Position numbers and translations under genes: made by a program
Part shown: positions 27,764 through 32,242 of the stretch, piece after piece
Layout: each line of letters starts with the position of its first letter
Position numbering within the stretch: position 1 is the first letter of the stretch
Notes under the pieces: generated by a model
What the model saw: the letters and a program-made list of their open reading frames with translations, nothing else
What the model was told of the DNA's origin: nothing
Databases searched by the model: none
DNA from: an uncultured Clostridia bacterium
GTDB taxonomy: Bacteria > Bacillota > Clostridia > Oscillospirales > Ruminococcaceae
Assembly: GCA_946613705.1 (NCBI GenBank)
Contig: CAMOFU010000001.1
Span: 1-32,242, forward strand
Length of the DNA: 32,242 bases
Reading direction: 5' to 3'

Positions 27764-29056
27764 CTAAGTCCTCTCCCGGTTGTTGACCACGCAGAAGGCA
27801 GACCTGCTGATATCCAGAAGCTTTGATGCCTCATAGATATCATCGGCTGTCATCTGCGATACTGTTTTCAGCGTATCCAAAAAGTCTGCACCCTGCAAAT
27901 ACGAAAAGCACATCATGTCGCAGCAGTTTGAGACCGAGTTGCATTTCATGACCTCTGAGCCGTAGGCACCCTTTTTCAGTATCCTGAAAAGCTCCTCGTC
28001 CACCGAACTGCGTTCAAGCGTTCTTATCCTTTCGCATATGCTCTCGTACACCGCCTCGGGGTCCTTCACATCGCCCGACATTATCAGCGTGAAATACCCC
28101 CTGTCAGACGAAAACACCTCTGTTCCGAAGGTGGTGTTTATCACTCCCGTCTCCAGTGCGTTCCGATACCAGTCGGACATATTCCCGAACAGCACCTTCA
28201 GCATCAGCTCGCAGATTATGCTCACTCTCTGCCTCTCGCCGCCCGTGAGCGGAGGGCACTTGAAGCCGAATGAAAACATCGGCAGCCCGACCTCTCTCGT
28301 GATCTCCGACCTGTGCCTTACCACACCCTCGGGCTCGTCGGGCAGCCGCGACTCTACCTTCTTGTCCAAGCCGCCTTTCAGATGCCTGTCGCATATTTCA
28401 AGCACCTTCTCTTCATCAACGTTCCCCGCGATCGAAAGCACCATGTTGTGCAGATCGTAAAAGGTGTTGTAGCATTGCATCAGCAGCGGTGCCGTTATCT
28501 CCTGTATCGACTCCACAGTGCCTGCAATATCTATCTTTACGGGGTGGACAAAATACAGCGAATCGAGCAGATCGTAAAACATCGCTCTCGACGGAGAATC
28601 GTTGCTCATCATGATCTCCTGCGCTATTATCCCCCGCTCCTTCTCAACGTTCTCATCGGTGATATACGGATCCTGCACGAAATCGAGCAGTATCCCCAGC
28701 GGCTCGGTGCAGTCCGATGCCGAGCTGAACGTGTAGCCCGTCATGTCAAACGAGGTGAATGCATTCGCCGAGGCTCCCGTGCTCGCGTACCTCTCGAAAA
28801 CTCCCCGCTCCTCGCCCTCGAACAGCTTGTGCTCAAGATAGTGCGCGATACCGTCGGGCACCCTGATGAAATCCCCCGTGTCCGCCGAACGGAAGCAGTT
28901 GTCTATCGAGCCGTATCTCGCTGCGAATATCGCCTCGGTCGTCGTAAAGCCCTCCATCGGCATTATCAGTATATCAAGCCCCGTCGGGTGATGATAGAGG
29001 TGGTACTCAGCTCCCGCAAGCTCGCTTCTGAATATCTTCGGTTCAAGCTTCATCAT
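27764..29056 (-). CDS. M16 family zinc peptidase, YmfH-like
   Basis: GIAHYLEHKLFE (HxxEH), ANAFTS and KERGIIAQE. Confidence 0.9.
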   Translation of the reverse strand: MMKLEPKIFRSELAGAEYHLYHHPTGLDILIMPMEGFTTTEAIFAARYGSIDNCFRSADTGDFIRVPDGIAHYLEHKLFEGEERGVFERYASTGASANAFTSFDMTGYTFSSASDCTEPLGILLDFVQDPYITDENVEKERGIIAQEIMMSNDSPSRAMFYDLLDSLYFVHPVKIDIAGTVESIQEITAPLLMQCYNTFYDLHNMVLSIAGNVDEEKVLEICDRHLKGGLDKKVESRLPDEPEGVVRHRSEITREVGLPMFSFGFKCPPLTGGERQRVSIICELMLKVLFGNMSDWYRNALETGVINTTFGTEVFSSDRGYFTLIMSGDVKDPEAVYESICERIRTLERSSVDEELFRILKKGAYGSEVMKCNSVSNCCDMMCFSYLQGADFLDTLKTVSQMTADDIYEASKLLDISRSAFCVVNNRERT

Positions 29057-30329
29057 CGTCACCTCCGTCAATTGCCTTCATAACGAACACACTGTCGAGC
29101 TTATAGCCGCGTGCCTCTGCGATCAGCTGCTCGCGGGTCACGGCTCTCACTCTCCTGCCCTTTTCCTCGGGCGTGTCGTCCGTCCCGCGGACAGACTGGA
29201 AAAAGTACCACGTCACCAGATCATACTTCGAGTCGTAGTTTGAAAGATATGCCTCGCTCAGATACTTCTTCGAGTTTTCAAGCTCCTCGTCGGTGAAATC
29301 GCCCTCCTGCAAAGCCCTCAGCTGCTCCGCCACAGCCTCCTCGACCTGTCCGAGACTGGCATGATCTATCCCCGCCGTAACGGTAAGCGTGCTCTTCACT
29401 TCGGAGATGACCGCGCTGACACTGTAGCACAGCGACTGCTTTTCGCGCACGTTCATAAACAGCTTCGAGGTAGGTGACCCGCCGAACATCAGCCCGAACA
29501 GCTTCGATGCATACTCATTGTAGTTTTCCGTCTTATATGCCATTATCAGCTGCGTCTGTTTAGCCTCGGCAGTTATCTCGCACCTCTTGACCTCCTGCTT
29601 CAGCGGCGAGACGGAGCTGTACTCGGGCTGCTCCATCTCTTTCCGCTCCAAAGCCTTCAGCCTGTCCGCGATCAGACCGATAACACCGTCATCGCACTCC
29701 CCGCCCGAAACATAGATGTCGATATAAGCCGTTTTAAGCAGCCTTCTGTATGCCTCGGTAACTACAGCGGGATCGGCGGCATTCAGCGTATCAAGATAAT
29801 CATATGCCGTTATCGCAGACAGCTCGCCCTCGAATATCAGCTTCTTGGAAAGCATTCCCGCATACCTGCGCTTGCTGTTGATTATGGTGTTGATATCGTC
29901 AACATACTCATCACGGCAGAGGCGGAAATATTTCTCGCAGAACGCCCCGTTCTCGAGATACGGCTCGAGCAGGCAGTCCATAAGCACTCCCGCTGCCTTT
30001 TCCGCGACCCTCTCGCCGTCAATGGTATACCTGTCGCAGATGCAGTTCAGGCTCACCTCCAGCACACAGTGGTCTCCTATCCTTGAAGCTCCCGAGCCTA
30101 TCGAAGCATCATACAGCTCCAGCAGCGCCTTTGACAGCTCCTCCTTCGCGGGATACTTTTTGTTCGAGGTGGTGATGATATCCGTCGCCAGCATATACAA
30201 CGGCACATTCACCGCGTCCATAGGCACCGTCATCCTTATCCCTGCCGAAAACGACTTGAACTTCCCGTCATATATCTTTGTCAGGGCTATACCCTTTCCG
30301 CATCTGCTGCGGGTAATTTCAACTGACAT
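29043..30329 (-). CDS. M16 family non-catalytic partner subunit, YmfF-like
   Basis: FGGSPTSKLFMNVREKQSLCY; lacks HxxEH; paired with the YmfH-like gene. Confidence 0.88.
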   Translation of the reverse strand: MSVEITRSRCGKGIALTKIYDGKFKSFSAGIRMTVPMDAVNVPLYMLATDIITTSNKKYPAKEELSKALLELYDASIGSGASRIGDHCVLEVSLNCICDRYTIDGERVAEKAAGVLMDCLLEPYLENGAFCEKYFRLCRDEYVDDINTIINSKRRYAGMLSKKLIFEGELSAITAYDYLDTLNAADPAVVTEAYRRLLKTAYIDIYVSGGECDDGVIGLIADRLKALERKEMEQPEYSSVSPLKQEVKRCEITAEAKQTQLIMAYKTENYNEYASKLFGLMFGGSPTSKLFMNVREKQSLCYSVSAVISEVKSTLTVTAGIDHASLGQVEEAVAEQLRALQEGDFTDEELENSKKYLSEAYLSNYDSKYDLVTWYFFQSVRGTDDTPEEKGRRVRAVTREQLIAEARGYKLDSVFVMKAIDGGDDDEA

Positions 30330-30353
30330 ATTCCAGCTCCAATCTATCCGTTT

Positions 30354-30385
30354 CTTTTATCTTTTATCTATTATTTTTTATCTAT
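30354..30385. repeat. Degenerate 7-bp tandem repeat (CTTTTAT-like x4)
   Basis: CTTTTAT CTTTTAT CTATTAT TTTTTAT CTAT. Confidence 0.65.
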
Positions 30386-30397
30386 CAGCTCGGCTGC

Positions 30398-30565
30398 TCA
30401 CCCGATCACCGTGTAGGTCAGCATCTCGTAATGCAGCTTCACTCCCTCGTCTGCCTCCTCGGGCAGCAGAGCCCGCGCTATCAGCAGCTCCTCACCCGAA
30501 GCAAGGTCTTTCAGATGAGCATAATCTCCGTCTATCATCTCAACGATATAATCTCTCGGTTCCAT
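30398..30565 (-). CDS. Small protein (55 aa), DUF3006-like; absent from the ORF track
   Basis: Manual translation MEPRDYIVEMIDGDYAHLKDLASGEELLIARALLPEEADEGVKLHYEMLTYTVIG; GAGAGGT RBS; fills the gap between dnaE and the YmfF-like gene. Confidence 0.8.
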   Translation of the reverse strand: MEPRDYIVEMIDGDYAHLKDLASGEELLIARALLPEEADEGVKLHYEMLTYTVIG

Positions 30566-30582
30566 CGGTTACCTCTCTGTCC

Positions 30583-30612
30583 CAATTATCAATTATCAAA
30601 TATCAAATATCA
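30583..30612. repeat. 7-bp tandem repeat (CAATTAT x2, CAAATAT x2) including the dnaE stop
   Basis: Read directly. Confidence 0.8.
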
Positions 30613-32242
30613 TAAAAATCTCACGTTGCCCGCTCCCGCCGCAGCGGTGAGCGCCTCCAGCGACCCCTCCGTCACCGCAATGTGCTTAACGGTCTTCAGA
30701 GCGGTCATTATCCTCTTGTCCGAAAAGTATATTTTCAGCGCATTGCCGCTCTCTGCCGCAATGCCCGCCGCCGCAGCCTTCACCGCGTTCACCCTCTCGG
30801 TGTCCCGCGAGTCCAGCCGCACGCAGATATCTCTCCTCATGCTCCTCGCCGCAAAGGTATCTCCCGTCTCGATCATGTCCGCCAGCAGCTTCGGCTGCTC
30901 CTCGTCCCGCAGCGAGAGCTTCCCCTGCGCATATATCACAGCGCCCTCTCTCACCGCCGACGACACTGCCGAGTACAGGTTCGGAAAGATCACCAGCTCC
31001 ATGCTGCCCGTCTTGTCCTCGCACTGCGCAAAGCACATCATGTCTCCGCGCTTGGTCTTGTTTCTCTTGACCTCGGTCACCATCACCGCCGCAGCCGCCT
31101 TGCCGCCGTCCCGCAGCCGACCGCTGTCGCAGCCCGAAAGTATATCCGCTATGCTCATGCACCCGCTTGCCGCTGCCGCTGCCGATATCCCGTCCAGCGG
31201 ATGACCCGTCAGATACATACCGACAGCCTCGCGCTCATATTCGAGCAGCATATGCCGCGGGTATTCCTCCAGCCTGTCGATCGGCACGTTCACAGGCTGC
31301 GCCGCACCCATTCCGAAGAAATCCAGCTGCCCCTCGATGTTCTCTCTCTGCTCGTGGCTCGCCGCCGACATCAGCCGTTCGTAGGCGCTCAGCATCTCGC
31401 GTCGGTTGTTGCCGAGCGAGTCCAGCGCACCGCTCTTAATGAGCTGCTCCACGCCCTTAGCCGACACCTCCCGCCCCGAGACTCTCTTGCAGAAGTCTCT
31501 CAGGTCGCGGAAGCTGCCGCCTCTCTCCCGCTCGCGGACTATCGCCCCCACAGCGCTCGCACCGAGGCTCTTCACCGCCAGCAGCGAGAACCTTATCCCG
31601 TCCTCCTCGGCAGCGAACTCCCCGCCGCTCCTGTTTATATCCAGCGGCAGTATCTTGACTCCCGAGCGCCTGCAATCGTTGAGGTATGCCGTGAGCTTGT
31701 CCGCCCCGTCATACATCGTCACCGACATCAGCGCCGACATATATTCCTTGTAAAAGTAGTATTTCAGATAAGCCGTCTGATATGATATATTCGCATATGC
31801 CGCCGCGTGCGACTTGTTGAACGCATACGAAGCGAACGAGGTCATATCGTCAAAGATCTCGTTTGCCGTCCTCTCGGGCACTCCCCGCGCGATGCAGCCC
31901 TCGCACTGCCCCGCTTCTCCGTGGATAAATGCCCGCCGTTCGTTTTCAAGCATCGCATGGTTCTTCTTCGCCATAGCCCGCCTTACCAGATCGGCACGCC
32001 CGAACGAATACCCCGCCAGCGTGCGGAATATCTCCATTACCTGCTCCTGATAGATTATGCACCCATAGGTGCTTTGCAGTATCCCCTTGAGCAGCGGGTG
32101 CTTGTAGGTCACCAGTCTCGGGTCGGCGCGGTTGCGTATATACGTCGGTATCGAATCCATCGGCCCGGGTCTGTAAAGCGAGAGCATCGCGATAAGATCG
32201 TCTATGCAGTCGGGCCCGAGCTGCATCAGCCGCGCCGTCATG
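30610..32242 (-). CDS. dnaE: DNA polymerase III alpha subunit, C-terminal part (5' end outside the window)
   Basis: LYRPGPM, YQEQVM, ADLVRRAM, YAFNKSH, LIKSGALD, GMYLTGHPL and an OB fold. Confidence 0.97.
   Translation of the reverse strand, partial: MTARLMQLGPDCIDDLIAMLSLYRPGPMDSIPTYIRNRADPRLVTYKHPLLKGILQSTYGCIIYQEQVMEIFRTLAGYSFGRADLVRRAMAKKNHAMLENERRAFIHGEAGQCEGCIARGVPERTANEIFDDMTSFASYAFNKSHAAAYANISYQTAYLKYYFYKEYMSALMSVTMYDGADKLTAYLNDCRRSGVKILPLDINRSGGEFAAEEDGIRFSLLAVKSLGASAVGAIVRERERGGSFRDLRDFCKRVSGREVSAKGVEQLIKSGALDSLGNNRREMLSAYERLMSAASHEQRENIEGQLDFFGMGAAQPVNVPIDRLEEYPRHMLLEYEREAVGMYLTGHPLDGISAAAAASGCMSIADILSGCDSGRLRDGGKAAAAVMVTEVKRNKTKRGDMMCFAQCEDKTGSMELVIFPNLYSAVSSAVREGAVIYAQGKLSLRDEEQPKLLADMIETGDTFAARSMRRDICVRLDSRDTERVNAVKAAAAGIAAESGNALKIYFSDKRIMTALKTVKHIAVTEGSLEALTAAAGAGNVRFL

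Noticed and set aside
30386-30580. Possible ncRNA or riboswitch in the dnaE-ymfF gap
   Set aside because: Fully explained by the 55-aa minus-strand CDS.

Overview
Mostly core-genome DNA from a GC-rich, spore-forming Clostridia (Ruminococcus/Oscillospiraceae-like by gene content and order; inference). The minus-strand block at 1-15.7 kb runs, in transcription order, larE-rnz-two small membrane proteins-larB-larC (nickel-pincer cofactor biosynthesis, no larA), then lipoprotein-OmpR regulator-histidine kinase-DUF1385-orphan methyltransferase-prmC-recA-recX-small membrane protein, then a GH2 beta-mannosidase. The plus-strand block at 16.0-22.7 kb is DUF951-prfA-sua5-coaE-lytic transglycosylase-M18 aminopeptidase, then spoIIGA-sigE. 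The final minus-strand block is dnaE (partial)-a 55-aa ORF missed by the ORF track-two M16 peptidases-lgt-folD-rpsO-pnp. No mobile elements, CRISPR arrays, tRNA or rRNA genes were seen. The best novelty candidate is a paralogous pair of uncharacterised three-helix membrane proteins, one with Cys/His/Glu metal-ligand motifs, tightly coupled to larB/larC; they may form a new nickel uptake or delivery unit. Other notable items are recurring 7-bp intergenic tandem repeats and structured rpsO and pnp leaders. All calls come from motif recognition by eye, with no database searches.
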